A stretch of DNA of 32,000 nt from Sedimentisphaera cyanobacteriorum. GTDB taxonomy: Bacteria; Planctomycetota; Phycisphaerae; Sedimentisphaerales; Sedimentisphaeraceae. The position numbers were made by a program, and so were the translations under genes. The stretch spans positions 720,001 to 752,000 of the forward strand of contig NZ_CP019633.1 in NCBI RefSeq assembly GCF_001997385.1, written 5' to 3'. Shown here in pieces: positions 1 to 10,588 of this stretch (positions within the stretch are counted from its first letter, which is position 1; every line of letters starts with the position of its first letter). Below the pieces are notes generated by a model. That model saw nothing but the letters and a program-made list of their open reading frames with translations. It had not been told where the DNA came from and made no database searches.

Positions 1-744
1 CTCGCCCATTGCCTTGGCGAATGTGAAGGACATACCCCCGCCAATTATGATCGTGTTCACCTTATCCATGAGGTTTTCAATTACCTGCAGCTTATCTGAA
101 ACCTTAGCTCCGCCGAGTATAGCGACAAATGGTTTATCGCCCGCTTCGATTGTCTCGCCGAGGAACTTAATCTCTTTTTCGATAAGAAAACCTGCCACGC
201 ATGGCTTGCCGCTCATCATCTGCGGTACAGTAAGCATTGACGCATTGTCTCTGTGTGCTGTTCCGAAAGCATCGCATACATAAACATCCGCAAGATCTGC
301 TATCTCCTGCGCGAAATTGTCTTTTGCTTCTCTGAGCTGGTGATCTTCCTTGGCGGCTTTGTCTTTTATTGTTTCTGCTTTGTGGAATCTGAGATTCTCA
401 AGCAGCATAACATCGCCCGGCTTCAAATTTGCAGCATTCGCCTGCACATCACTGCCAATGCAGTCCTCAGCAAAGATTACATCTTTACCAAGCAGCTCTG
501 AGAGCCTTTGGGCAACCGGTGCAAGCGAGAAATCCATATTTCTTTCGCCTTTAGGGCGACCAAGATGACTCATAAGTATCACACATGCCCCGCCTTCAAG
601 GGCATTTTTGATGCTCGGAAGAGCCTTGGCGATTCTCGCATCGTCGGTAATCTCTTTTTTGTCGTTCAAAGGCACATTAAAATCGCACCTTATAAGTACT
701 TTTTTACCTTCCACGTTGATATCAGCAATTGTTTTCTTTGCCAT
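1..744 (-). CDS. pgk: Phosphoglycerate kinase, N-terminal ~248 aa (3' end lies beyond the window edge)
   Basis: This gene is absent from the supplied ORF track because it runs off the window edge. The reverse complement of 1..744 reads without stops from the ATG at comp(742..744): [38 protein letters not shown]...[10 protein letters not shown]...[13 protein letters not shown]...[22 protein letters not shown] and AFGTAHR are classic PGK signatures. The plus-strand ORFs at 14..759 are its antisense shadows. Confidence 0.93.
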   Translation of the reverse strand, partial: MAKKTIADINVEGKKVLIRCDFNVPLNDKKEITDDARIAKALPSIKNALEGGACVILMSHLGRPKGERNMDFSLAPVAQRLSELLGKDVIFAEDCIGSDVQANAANLKPGDVMLLENLRFHKAETIKDKAAKEDHQLREAKDNFAQEIADLADVYVCDAFGTAHRDNASMLTVPQMMSGKPCVAGFLIEKEIKFLGETIEAGDKPFVAILGGAKVSDKLQVIENLMDKVNTIIIGGGMSFTFAKAMGE

Positions 745-909
745 TTTTTCACCTTTTAAAATTAAGAAATACAACAGACATTAACAAGTATTATAAACCC
801 AAATAATGATACTTTAAATCACAATAAAATCAAGCACCATATAGATTAATTTTGTGAGTTTTACGAATTCAGGCAAATATTGTTTTTGGACTCAGCAGGG
901 CTGAGGGAT

Positions 910-1740
910 CTATTTTTCCAATGTTGGTTTCCCTTCAAGATATCCAAGAGAGGTGAGAAATTTATCTGCTTCAAGGAGTGTTTCGTAGAATTTTTTCTTA
1001 TTGAAGAAACCGTGCACGCAGTCTTTGTAGGTATGCAAGTCGCATCTTTTTCCGAACTCTTTCATTTTTGCCTTGAAATTTTCTGCCGTTGATACCGGAA
1101 TCAAATCATCTTTTGTACCGAGGAATATTGTCGCTGGAGGCATATCTTTGTGAATGTTGTGCAGAGGCGAGAATTGACGCCAGTAATCATTTACTCTTTC
1201 GTAGCCGTAACCTTTCGGCCCGTTATCAAAAACTGGATTAAACAAAACAAGAGCATTCGGACGACAGCTTACCTCAAGGTCGTCTGTTTTATCGTTGAAT
1301 TCATCCAGCGCTGCCGTTGCTGAGGCCACATGCCCGCCTGCGCTTCCGCCTCCTGCTGCGATCATATTGGGATCCACGCCAAGCATATCTGCATTCTCAC
1401 GAACCCATCTTATCGCTGATTTACCATCTTTAACGCATTCCTTAGGTGATGTCTCGTATTTTTTCTTTGTCCTGTAGTCTGCACACATTGCCGTCATACC
1501 TCTTGAAGCAAGATATTCCGCTTGAGGATAAAAATGCGATGGGCTTCCGCTTACCCACCCTCCGCCGAAGAAAAACACGATGCAAGGCGTTTTATCGCTG
1601 CTCTTATGTCCTTCCGGATTGAATATGTGCATCGTCAGCTCTGCCTGATCTGTTTTTTTGTAAACCATAATTTTATCCGGCTCTATATCTGCAGAAAAAA
1701 GCGAGCCCGCAATCAATAGGCTTATAACTAAATGTTTCAC
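910..1740 (-). CDS. Secreted alpha/beta-hydrolase, carbohydrate/feruloyl-esterase-like
   Basis: 276 aa with a hydrophobic signal-like N-terminus (MKHLVISLLIAGSLFSA). It carries an oxyanion-hole type motif (FFFGGGW) and a nucleophile elbow (GGSAGG, G-x-S-x-G). The GTG start at comp(1738..1740) is preceded by AAGGAG. Confidence 0.75.
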   Translation of the reverse strand: MKHLVISLLIAGSLFSADIEPDKIMVYKKTDQAELTMHIFNPEGHKSSDKTPCIVFFFGGGWVSGSPSHFYPQAEYLASRGMTAMCADYRTKKKYETSPKECVKDGKSAIRWVRENADMLGVDPNMIAAGGGSAGGHVASATAALDEFNDKTDDLEVSCRPNALVLFNPVFDNGPKGYGYERVNDYWRQFSPLHNIHKDMPPATIFLGTKDDLIPVSTAENFKAKMKEFGKRCDLHTYKDCVHGFFNKKKFYETLLEADKFLTSLGYLEGKPTLEK

Positions 1741-1758
1741 TTGGATCTCCTTAAAAAA

Positions 1759-2286
1759 TTATTGTGAGAATATAATATCAGCTGCTTCGCCGATATCTTT
1801 TACTGTTAATGCATTTTCAGGCAGTTCTTTGCGGTGTTTTAAGCCGTGTCCGGTTAAGAGGTATATCCCTTTTCCGCCTGCATTTTCGGCAAGATAATAG
1901 TCGCTCGGATGGTCTCCTACACTGTAAGACTTCATTAGGTTAATGTCATAATCGGCCTCTGATTTCCTTAAAAAATACGGCTTTGGCTTTTTGCAGCTGC
2001 AAAAGTCTTCATTTTTATGCGGGCACACATAGGTCTCAGTGATTTTAATGCCGCTCTCAAGCAGTACTCTGTTCACATATCCGTTCACTGCCTCTACATC
2101 ATTCCGGCTTATTAGCCCCTTGCCGATTCCAGATTGATTTGTGATTATAAACAGTTTGAATCTTTCTTGAAGTCTTCTTAAAGCCTCAAATGTGTTTTTA
2201 TAAAAAACAGCATCCTCCGGCGAGCTGAGATGCCCTCTGTCTTCAATAATAGTACCGTCTCTGTCGAGAAAAACAGCATTATTCAC
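1759..2286 (-). CDS. gmhB: HAD-IIIA phosphatase, D-glycero-D-manno-heptose-1,7-bisphosphate phosphatase-like
   Basis: 175 aa. It has HAD motif I (FLDRDGTI), the ITNQSGIG motif and a GmhB-type zinc-binding loop (CPHKNEDFCSCKKPKP). The start codon is GTG. Confidence 0.75.
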   Translation of the reverse strand: MNNAVFLDRDGTIIEDRGHLSSPEDAVFYKNTFEALRRLQERFKLFIITNQSGIGKGLISRNDVEAVNGYVNRVLLESGIKITETYVCPHKNEDFCSCKKPKPYFLRKSEADYDINLMKSYSVGDHPSDYYLAENAGGKGIYLLTGHGLKHRKELPENALTVKDIGEAADIIFSQ

Positions 2287-2310
2287 AGCAATTCCTTTAA
2301 TTAATAAAAA

Positions 2311-3501
2311 CTAAGCCGTATTTTCTTCTGCACGTATTGGAGAGCTCAGTCCAAAGGCATTAACCGCAAACGCCGCAAAGACTGTCAAACTGCTCACAGC
2401 TACGCCTATTGTGAATGTCCCTGTGGAGTCTGCTATCCAGCCGCCGGCACCCGGGCCGATTATTCCGGCAAGACCGTACCAGAGAAAGCATATTGGGTAT
2501 AGGCTCGGGAAAAGCTCTGTGCCGAAATACGCAACCATTGACGATGCATAAACAACAAAGCAAGCCCCGAAGTTTATTCCTGCTATCAGCGTAGCTGCTA
2601 TAAGCAGGGGCTCTGGCATTTCAAAGGCAAACAGTACCACCGACAAGCCAAGGGCAGCCAGAGAGGCCAGGATAGTGGGGCGGACTCCAAATTTGTCATG
2701 AATCTGTCCCCAGATAATTCGGCCTGATGCGTTTCCTACCGCGAAAATTGAAATGCCAAGAGTGGCCGCTTCGCTTGTAAGTCCAAGGCTCAGAAGGATC
2801 GGCTTTAAGTTTCCAATAACCAGAAGCCCTGCAAATGTGCCTGCAAACATCCCTGTACAAAGCATCACAAACGGCTTTGAAAGCAGGTAGTTTGAGGCAA
2901 TTTTCTTCTCTCTGCCTTCAATTTTATCCTTAGATGCAGAAAGTTCAGGCTCTTTTAAGAAAAGGCTGGCTGCGATTGCAAGACCGCCAAAACCGTAGCC
3001 TATGAGCCTGAAAACTTCTAAAACGTTCCAGTCAAGGGAGGTGAGCAGATATTCAGACAGCGAGCTTAATGCAATTGCTCCGCCTCCGAACCCCGCAACT
3101 ACCACGCCGGTTACCAGCCCCTTGTTGTTTGGAAACCATTTCATACCAACTGTAAGAGGGCAGACGTAGCCGGCTCCTATGCCTGCACCTGCCACAATAC
3201 CTATGCCGCCGAGAATAACCGCAAAGTTCCCGCCGGAAAATGAAGCGGTAAGATAACCGATTGAAAAAAGCAGAGCTCCGGTGAAGGCAATTTTGCGTGG
3301 TGAAAATCTGCCCAGCAGTCTTCCGGCTGGAATCATAACGACAGTAAATACCGCTATGTTGATTCCGAAGATTAAACTGGCCTGTCCGTTGCTTTGGCCG
3401 TAATCTGAGGTTAGAGACGGGATGAAAACGCTCCACGCATATACCCCGCCTAATACCGACTGCATCAGGACGCCTGCTATTAGTACGATCAATTTTTTCA
3501 T
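2311..3501 (-). CDS. MFS transporter (oxalate/formate antiporter-like family)
   Basis: 396 aa and highly hydrophobic, with about 12 predicted TM segments in two halves split by a charged loop (KEPELSASKDKIEGREKK). Glycine-rich helices are typical of the MFS family. Confidence 0.8.
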   Translation of the reverse strand: MKKLIVLIAGVLMQSVLGGVYAWSVFIPSLTSDYGQSNGQASLIFGINIAVFTVVMIPAGRLLGRFSPRKIAFTGALLFSIGYLTASFSGGNFAVILGGIGIVAGAGIGAGYVCPLTVGMKWFPNNKGLVTGVVVAGFGGGAIALSSLSEYLLTSLDWNVLEVFRLIGYGFGGLAIAASLFLKEPELSASKDKIEGREKKIASNYLLSKPFVMLCTGMFAGTFAGLLVIGNLKPILLSLGLTSEAATLGISIFAVGNASGRIIWGQIHDKFGVRPTILASLAALGLSVVLFAFEMPEPLLIAATLIAGINFGACFVVYASSMVAYFGTELFPSLYPICFLWYGLAGIIGPGAGGWIADSTGTFTIGVAVSSLTVFAAFAVNAFGLSSPIRAEENTA

Positions 3502-3533
3502 ATCAACCCTTTCTATAAATCAGCTTCAGCTTT

Positions 3534-3556
3534 AAAAGTTGAGCCAACTTTTTTTA
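3534..3556. terminator. AT-rich hairpin flanked by an A-tract and a T-tract (possible bidirectional terminator after aroK-aroC)
   Basis: AAAAGTTG (3534..3541), loop agc, CAACTTTT (3545..3552), followed by TTT. The stem is weak. Confidence 0.3.
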
Positions 3557-3599
3557 TTCGCAATCGCTTTTAGCGATAAGACGTCAAATTTGCGTATGT

Positions 3600-5195
3600 T
3601 TATATTGTGCCGGGTCTGAGCCTTTGCTGAATCTCCCAGCAGTCAAGCAGTACAAGCGCAGCCATCGCTTCAACCACAGGAATAATCCGAGGCAGAATGC
3701 ACGGGTCGTGCCGGCCTTCAATTTGGATTTTTTTGGAGCTGCCTTCAGTATTCACTGTATCCTGAGGCTGTGATATTGAAGGCGTTGGTTTCACTGCAAG
3801 ACTGACAAGAATATCCTGCCCAGTGGAAATCCCCCCCAGCACTCCGCCTGCATGATTGCTAAGAAAATCATTATCTCTCATCTGATCATTGAATTCGCTT
3901 CCTCTGCTTTTTGCAGCTTCGAAGCCGTCTCCGAAGGAGAGCCCCTTAACCGCTCCGAGCGAGAATAACGCACCGGCCAGCCTTGCATCAAGCTTGCCGA
4001 AAACAGGATCTCCAAGCCCCGCAGGAACGCCGGAAATCCTCAGCTCCACAATACCCCCGAGTGAGTCGCCGTTTTTGCGGGCTTCCAAAATCGCCTGCTG
4101 CATTTTCTCTGCCGCTTGTTTGTCTGCGCATCGAACCGGATTCGATTCAATTTCATTTGGATTGTATTCTTCTGCTTTAACGCCGCCAATCTCAAAACTG
4201 GAGGCGGTTATTTTTACGCCGCGGTCTGCGAGTATTTTCTTGGCAGCAGCCCCCGAGGCAACCCTTCCGGCAGTTTCCCTCCCTGAAGACCTGCCTCCGC
4301 CTTTGTGATCTCGTATGCCGTATTTCTTCCAAAACGTAAAATCAGCATGCCCCGGTCGGAAGAGGTGTTTAATAATGTCGTATTTTGTGGAATCCTGGTC
4401 CTTATTTTCTATGATCATTGCTATGGGCGTTCCGGTGGTTTTGCCTTCAAACACGCCCGACAGAATTCTTACTTTATCCTTCTCGCTTCTTGGGGTTGAA
4501 ACGCTGCTTTGTCCGGGGCGTCGGCGTTCAAGCTCTGCCTGAATATCCTCAGCCGAGAACTCAATCCCGGGTTTCAGTCCGTCGAGAACCACGCCTACAG
4601 CAGGGCCGTGGCTTTCTCCGAATGTTGTCGCCCGTATGATTTGTCCTGAAGTGTTTGGAGATTTCGAAAGCATTGCAAAGTAATCACTAGCAGCGCTGAT
4701 AAACTTGCCCGGGTTGTCATTATCGTCCGAAACATCTATCGTTATATCTGCAAAAGGTTCGAGTGTCTCAATTTTTTTGCTCGCAGCCTCTTTGAAATAA
4801 TCCTCAGGCGAGCGGCGCTTGAAATATACAGAGCTGCCTCTTTTCTTCAGCCTTTCCCATAAGATGCCCAGATCGGCTTTGAGAAGTACGATAACCGAAT
4901 CATCCCTCAGAAGCCTTCTGGATTCAGAGTCCAATAAGGTGCTCCCGCCTACAGAAATGATGCACCAGTCCAGCTCGGAAGCCTCTTTTACTGCTCTTTT
5001 CTCGTATTCACGGAAGGCTGTTTCACCCAGCTTTTCGCATATCTCATAGAAGTTGAGCTTCTCATTGTGCTCGCGGCTGTAAAGCTCTTCAATTATACTG
5101 TCTGTCTCATAAAAGGGGATTTCAAGTCTTTTGGCTGCTTCTGCACCTATAGTGCTTTTGCCGCTGCATTTTGGGCCTGTAATTATTATTTTCAT
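3600..5195 (-). CDS. aroK-aroC: Bifunctional shikimate kinase / chorismate synthase fusion
   Basis: 531 aa. The N-terminal ~175 aa has a P-loop (GPKCSGKST) and shikimate-kinase-like layout (IPFYETDSIIE...GETAFREYE...VGGSTLL). The C-terminal ~340 aa is chorismate synthase (TTFGESHGPAVGVVLDG, ERRRPGQS, GVFEGKTTGTPIAMIIEN, GRHDPCI). Confidence 0.9.
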   Translation of the reverse strand: MKIIITGPKCSGKSTIGAEAAKRLEIPFYETDSIIEELYSREHNEKLNFYEICEKLGETAFREYEKRAVKEASELDWCIISVGGSTLLDSESRRLLRDDSVIVLLKADLGILWERLKKRGSSVYFKRRSPEDYFKEAASKKIETLEPFADITIDVSDDNDNPGKFISAASDYFAMLSKSPNTSGQIIRATTFGESHGPAVGVVLDGLKPGIEFSAEDIQAELERRRPGQSSVSTPRSEKDKVRILSGVFEGKTTGTPIAMIIENKDQDSTKYDIIKHLFRPGHADFTFWKKYGIRDHKGGGRSSGRETAGRVASGAAAKKILADRGVKITASSFEIGGVKAEEYNPNEIESNPVRCADKQAAEKMQQAILEARKNGDSLGGIVELRISGVPAGLGDPVFGKLDARLAGALFSLGAVKGLSFGDGFEAAKSRGSEFNDQMRDNDFLSNHAGGVLGGISTGQDILVSLAVKPTPSISQPQDTVNTEGSSKKIQIEGRHDPCILPRIIPVVEAMAALVLLDCWEIQQRLRPGTI

Positions 5196-5514
5196 TTTTT
5201 CTTCTGGTGTTAAAGGGTATTTTTCATAAAGCTGCTGCTATTTTACCTAACAGCTGCATTCCAAAAATCTCTCGGCGCACAAAAAACCAGCAGAATCCCA
5301 TTTGAGACTCGCCGGTATGCTTATCGTCTGTTTCTATTATCTTAAACGATTCATTTGCAGTCTGTCTGCCAAATTTTCAAAACAGCAGTTACAGGCAGGC
5401 CTTTCTGCCCGTTTTTATTGGCTTAAATTATAATGAAACTAACTTATGGTCAAGTTTTTTATCCCTGAAATTTTAAATTCCGGCCTTAAAATGCGGCGTC
5501 AAATCCGCTTTTAC

Positions 5515-5542
5515 TTGACTTATTCCAGCCCTTTATTACACT
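5515..5542 (+). promoter_or_regulatory. Candidate sigma70-type promoter for eno
   Basis: TTGACT (5515..5520), a 16-nt spacer, then TACACT (5537..5542), about 70 nt upstream of the eno ATG. This is a pattern match only. Confidence 0.3.
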
Positions 5543-5592
5543 TGGCGCTGTTTCTGCTTTTAATGTGAAAAAAGCTTAATAATAATGCATAA

Positions 5593-6906
<1,314 letters not shown>

Positions 6907-6931
6907 GCAAAGCTCATATAAGAAAAAATTT

Positions 6932-6966
6932 AAGGACGCAGGATTCTTTCCGGCGTCCTTTTTTTG
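6932..6966 (+). terminator. Rho-independent terminator of eno
   Basis: Stem AAGGACGC (6932..6939) pairs with GCGTCCTT (6953..6960) and is followed by a T-run through 6965. Confidence 0.8.
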
Positions 6967-7051
6967 TGCCCTGCGAAGGAAAATGCTTGCAGAAGTCTGG
7001 GCGATTTAATATTGTAAAACCGGAAATGAATGTATTTGAAAGGCGGTTATA

Positions 7052-8011
7052 ATGACCAGTAAATTGTATTTCTTATTCTGCATATTGCTTGCGGCATCAG
7101 GATTATCCGCAGATAAGCAAAAAGAAGGGCTAAAGCTGGAAGATTTTCACGCTCACGATCCCTTCGTGCTTGCTGATGAGAAAACAGAAACTTATTACCT
7201 TTACAGTACAGGCGGAAAGGCCTTCTCCAGCAAGGATCTGGAAACTTGGAAAGGCCCGTTTAAGTTTATTGAGCTACCAGACGAGAGCTGGGCGAATCTA
7301 AAACATGGTGCATGGGCACCGGAAGTGCATATCTACAAAGGGAAATATTACCTCTTCGTTACACTGCATAACCAGGACAGGTCTGTGGAAGGCAAAGGGC
7401 AGCCGCTTCGGCCAAGACATATGAGAAGCACGCAGGTTTTGGTAAGCGATTCACCCAAAGGGCCCTTCAAGCCGATAACCAGAAAACCCACTCTCCCTGC
7501 AGGAATTATGAACTTAGACGGAACTTTCTTTCTCGAAGACGGGCAGCCTTGGATGGTTTACTGCCATGAATGGGTTCAGGTATTAGACGGCACAGTTGAG
7601 GCAGTAAGGCTTACAGATGATTTATCTGAAACTGCCGGCCAGCCCAAACTGCTTTTCAGAGGCTCCGATGCCCCATGGGCAGCGCCAATAAATAAGAATC
7701 GCAAGGCTTATGTTACCGACGGATGTTTTCTCTACAGGACAAAGGCCGGCAAGCTCTTAATGCTGTGGTCCAGCTGGCAGAAAAATCACAATTATACCCA
7801 GGGGCTCGCAGTAAGCACTTCTGGCAGGATAGAGGGGCCTTGGAAGCAGGAAAAACCCCTTCTTACCAACGACAGCGGGCATGGGATGATATTTGAAACT
7901 TTCGACGGCCGCCTTATGCTTGTAGTGCACAGACCTACTATGAGCCCTGATTCAAGGGCAAGACTGCATGAAATCAAAGATACCGGAGACAGCATTAAAC
8001 TTATAGACTAG
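7052..8011 (+). CDS. Secreted glycoside hydrolase family 43 (five-bladed beta-propeller)
   Basis: 319 aa with a signal peptide (LYFLFCILLAASGLSA). It has GH43-type blade motifs: HAHDPFVLADEKTETYYLYST, AWAPEVHIYKGKYYLF, LDGTFFLEDGQPWMVY and TDGCFLY. Confidence 0.8.
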   Translation: MTSKLYFLFCILLAASGLSADKQKEGLKLEDFHAHDPFVLADEKTETYYLYSTGGKAFSSKDLETWKGPFKFIELPDESWANLKHGAWAPEVHIYKGKYYLFVTLHNQDRSVEGKGQPLRPRHMRSTQVLVSDSPKGPFKPITRKPTLPAGIMNLDGTFFLEDGQPWMVYCHEWVQVLDGTVEAVRLTDDLSETAGQPKLLFRGSDAPWAAPINKNRKAYVTDGCFLYRTKAGKLLMLWSSWQKNHNYTQGLAVSTSGRIEGPWKQEKPLLTNDSGHGMIFETFDGRLMLVVHRPTMSPDSRARLHEIKDTGDSIKLID

Positions 8012-8113
8012 TTTTAAGAAAGAATCAAGCAGTTTTGAATTATTCTCAGAAATCTTGCATTTCCGATTCAGGCGAGATATAATTTTCAAAAATATTATTA
8101 GGCCGGCGGATAT

Positions 8114-8890
8114 ATGGAAAATAAGAACATACAAGAAATTCTCGAAAAGGTAAGCTCGGGAGATATGAGCCCTTCTGATGCGATGAAAAAGCTTAGGGTT
8201 CTCCCTTTCGTGCATACAGAAAATGCCTGCATAGATACTCATCGCTCAGTTCGATGCGGATTTCCGGAAGTGATTTACTGCCCGGGCAAGAGCACAGGCG
8301 AGATAGTTCAAATTTTCGGCAAGCTTTTTGAAACCGGGGTGAATATTTTAGCCACCCGCGCAGAAGAGCCGGTTTATCAAGCAGTTCGAGACAGCGGAAT
8401 ATGCCCGAGTGAGGAGCTAACCTACGACCCGAGAGGCAGAACAATAACTCTTATGCAGAATCATTACGATTCACTTACTGGAGATATATCCGTTGTAACA
8501 GCGGGCACCGCAGATGTTCCAGTGGGCAGAGAGGCCCTGGCAACCTGCCTTGCAATGGGGCAGAATGCCGAGCTGATTGCAGATGTAGGCGTGGCAGGGA
8601 TACACAGGCTCCTCAGCAGGCTTGAACGAATCCGCAAGAGCAATGTAGTGATAGTTGCAGCGGGGATGGAAGGTGCTTTAGCGAGCGTAGTGGCAGGGCT
8701 GGTGGATGTCCCGGTGATAGCTGTGCCTACCAGCGTAGGCTACGGTTCCAGCTTCGGCGGGGTTTCGGCTCTTCTTACAATGCTCAACAGCTGCGCAAAT
8801 GGGGTGAGCGTAGTGAACATAGACAACGGCTTCTCGGCAGGCTATACGGCCTCGTTAATCAACAGGAATTTTCAGCGGAGTGAGGAATGA
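8114..8890 (+). CDS. larB: Nickel-pincer cofactor biosynthesis protein LarB (PurE-like NaAD carboxylase/hydrolase)
   Basis: 258 aa. The N-terminus is LarB-typical (ILEKVSSGDMSPSDAMKKLR...DTHRSVRCGFPEVIYCPGK). A PurE-like core follows (VVTAGTADVPVGREA...IVAAGMEGALASVVAGL...VIAVPTSVGYG). Confidence 0.85.
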   Translation: MENKNIQEILEKVSSGDMSPSDAMKKLRVLPFVHTENACIDTHRSVRCGFPEVIYCPGKSTGEIVQIFGKLFETGVNILATRAEEPVYQAVRDSGICPSEELTYDPRGRTITLMQNHYDSLTGDISVVTAGTADVPVGREALATCLAMGQNAELIADVGVAGIHRLLSRLERIRKSNVVIVAAGMEGALASVVAGLVDVPVIAVPTSVGYGSSFGGVSALLTMLNSCANGVSVVNIDNGFSAGYTASLINRNFQRSEE

Positions 8891-9780
8891 ATATTGTATC
8901 CAACATAAAATTTCTTGAGCCGAGAGTTTCAAACGGCTATAAAAATATGTACGGACGCTGCCTTATTGTGGGCGGTTCTCGGAATATGCCCGGAGCGCCT
9001 GTATTGTCCGGCAAAGCGGCCTTGCGTTCCGGAGCAGGTCTTGTGGAACTGGTTGTTCCCGAGCCTGCATATTTGCCTGCGGCTTCCAGCGAACCGTGTT
9101 ATATGGTAACACCCGCAGGGGCAGACAGTACAGGAAAATTCAGCAAGGAATCTGTGGATGAAGTTCTCGCTTCTGCGGAGAAGGCAGATGTGATAGCCGT
9201 TGGGCCGGGGCTGGGAATTGGTGATAATCTTCAGCTTCTGATCTCTGAGCTGATAAAGGTGCCTGAATTTAATATTGTTATCGATGCAGACGGGATAAAC
9301 AATCTCATACACATACCCCATTGGCCGAATATGGCAAGGGCAAACATAATCCTCACGCCTCATCCGGGCGAGATGAAGCGTCTTGCAGCTTCTATCTCGA
9401 TGGAATATTCCCCTGATGAAAGGCTCGAAAATGCCGCCGAGCTCTCGCTGGAGTCCGGCACGATAGTTGTGCTCAAAGGAGCGGAGAGCGTTGCTGCTTT
9501 CGGCGAAGACTGCTATGTAAACAATACCGGAAATCCCGGAATGGCCACGGGCGGAAGCGGGGACGTGCTTACAGGGATGACAGCTGCTATCTGGGCGCAG
9601 ATGCAGCGGAATCAGGCAGATGAAGACCAGCTCAGAAACGCATTTGATGCAGCAGTCCTTGCAGTTTATCTGCACGGGGCAGCTGGAGATATTGCTGAGG
9701 ATAAGTGCGGTACAGCTGCTATGATCGCTTCTGATATTATTGAAGCTCTCCCGCAGGCCTTCCGAACCAACGGCATGTGA
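8887..9780 (+). CDS. nnrD: ADP-dependent NAD(P)H-hydrate dehydratase (YjeF C-terminal domain type)
   Basis: 297 aa with the motifs GRCLIVGGSRNMPGAPVLSGKAALRSGAGLV, LTPHPGE and GMATGGSGDVLTG. Its ATG overlaps the larB stop codon (ATGA at 8887..8890). Confidence 0.85.
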   Translation: MNIVSNIKFLEPRVSNGYKNMYGRCLIVGGSRNMPGAPVLSGKAALRSGAGLVELVVPEPAYLPAASSEPCYMVTPAGADSTGKFSKESVDEVLASAEKADVIAVGPGLGIGDNLQLLISELIKVPEFNIVIDADGINNLIHIPHWPNMARANIILTPHPGEMKRLAASISMEYSPDERLENAAELSLESGTIVVLKGAESVAAFGEDCYVNNTGNPGMATGGSGDVLTGMTAAIWAQMQRNQADEDQLRNAFDAAVLAVYLHGAAGDIAEDKCGTAAMIASDIIEALPQAFRTNGM

Positions 9781-9807
9781 TTCATCGCTTTACTGAATGG
9801 ACGGCTC

Positions 9808-10422
9808 TTAAAATCTGAATATCGACAGGTAGTTATAACTGCCCGCTGCTGAGCAGGTTTCCGCTTTTATCCCAACAGCATCTTCCAGCTCTTCTGGAGT
9901 ATATCGAATATTCAGAGCAGGCCCGAAACCGGTATCCTCCTTTTTGAATTCCAGAACAGCGAGCCTGCCTGAGGGCTTGAGGATTCGTGATGTTTCCTTC
10001 TTGAAGCTGCTGATTTGTCCGTCTGTAAATCCGTGAAATACGTTCGATATATACACCAGATCAACCGATGCGTCTTCAATCGGCAACTTTTCTGTAATGC
10101 TTGCAAGGTGCACTTCTGTGTTGTCTGAATCTAAATCGCTTTTGAGATTTTCGATTGAATCCTCGTGGGTATCTACTGCATAAACCTTCCCTTCGCTACC
10201 TGTTAGTTCGGAGAATAGTTTTGTCATATATCCATTCCCGCAGCCGGCATCAAGTATGCACTGGCCGGGAGTAATATCAAGAAGTTCTAAAACTGCTTCT
10301 GTATCAACTATAAGTTCGGACGATTTTCCGCCGTGCTGGTGATTGTGATTGCTGTTCATATTTAAACCTTGTTCCTTTATGTTAATTTGTTCCGATTTTA
10401 TATGCAGGCTGAAACTTGTCAA
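9808..10422 (-). CDS. Class I SAM-dependent methyltransferase
   Basis: It has SAM-binding motif I (ILDAGCGNGY) and a Methyltransf_11-like layout. The start is ambiguous. The internal ATG at comp(10357..10359) gives MNSNHNHQHGG..., is preceded by AAGGAAC, and may be the true start. Confidence 0.75.
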   Translation of the reverse strand: MTSFSLHIKSEQINIKEQGLNMNSNHNHQHGGKSSELIVDTEAVLELLDITPGQCILDAGCGNGYMTKLFSELTGSEGKVYAVDTHEDSIENLKSDLDSDNTEVHLASITEKLPIEDASVDLVYISNVFHGFTDGQISSFKKETSRILKPSGRLAVLEFKKEDTGFGPALNIRYTPEELEDAVGIKAETCSAAGSYNYLSIFRF

Positions 10423-10588
10423 TTTGTCTGGCTTGACTATTACCTGCGATTTTATAGACTGTTTTGAGACGGTTAGAATTATCAGGGTTAGAAAAAAACG
10501 TATTTTCAGATTAAATGGTTATGATGCAAACTGAAAAGTGCGGCTAATATTCGTTTTCCTCTAAAAGGGAATCGATTTTCGAGGGGTT

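Noticed and set aside
14-759. Four plus-strand ORFs of 72-89 aa at the left edge of the window
   Set aside because: They are antisense shadows of a clear phosphoglycerate kinase reading frame on the minus strand (1..744). Their translations are low-complexity and have no recognisable motifs.
891-905. The hairpin CTCAGC-agg-GCTGAG just downstream of the esterase stop codon
   Set aside because: No U-tract follows the stem on the minus (coding) strand, so it cannot be called an intrinsic terminator.
8929-9675. A 248-aa minus-strand ORF
   Set aside because: It lies entirely antisense to the well-supported NAD(P)HX dehydratase gene. It is Cys/Arg/His-rich, has no motifs and no RBS, and is typical of a shadow ORF.
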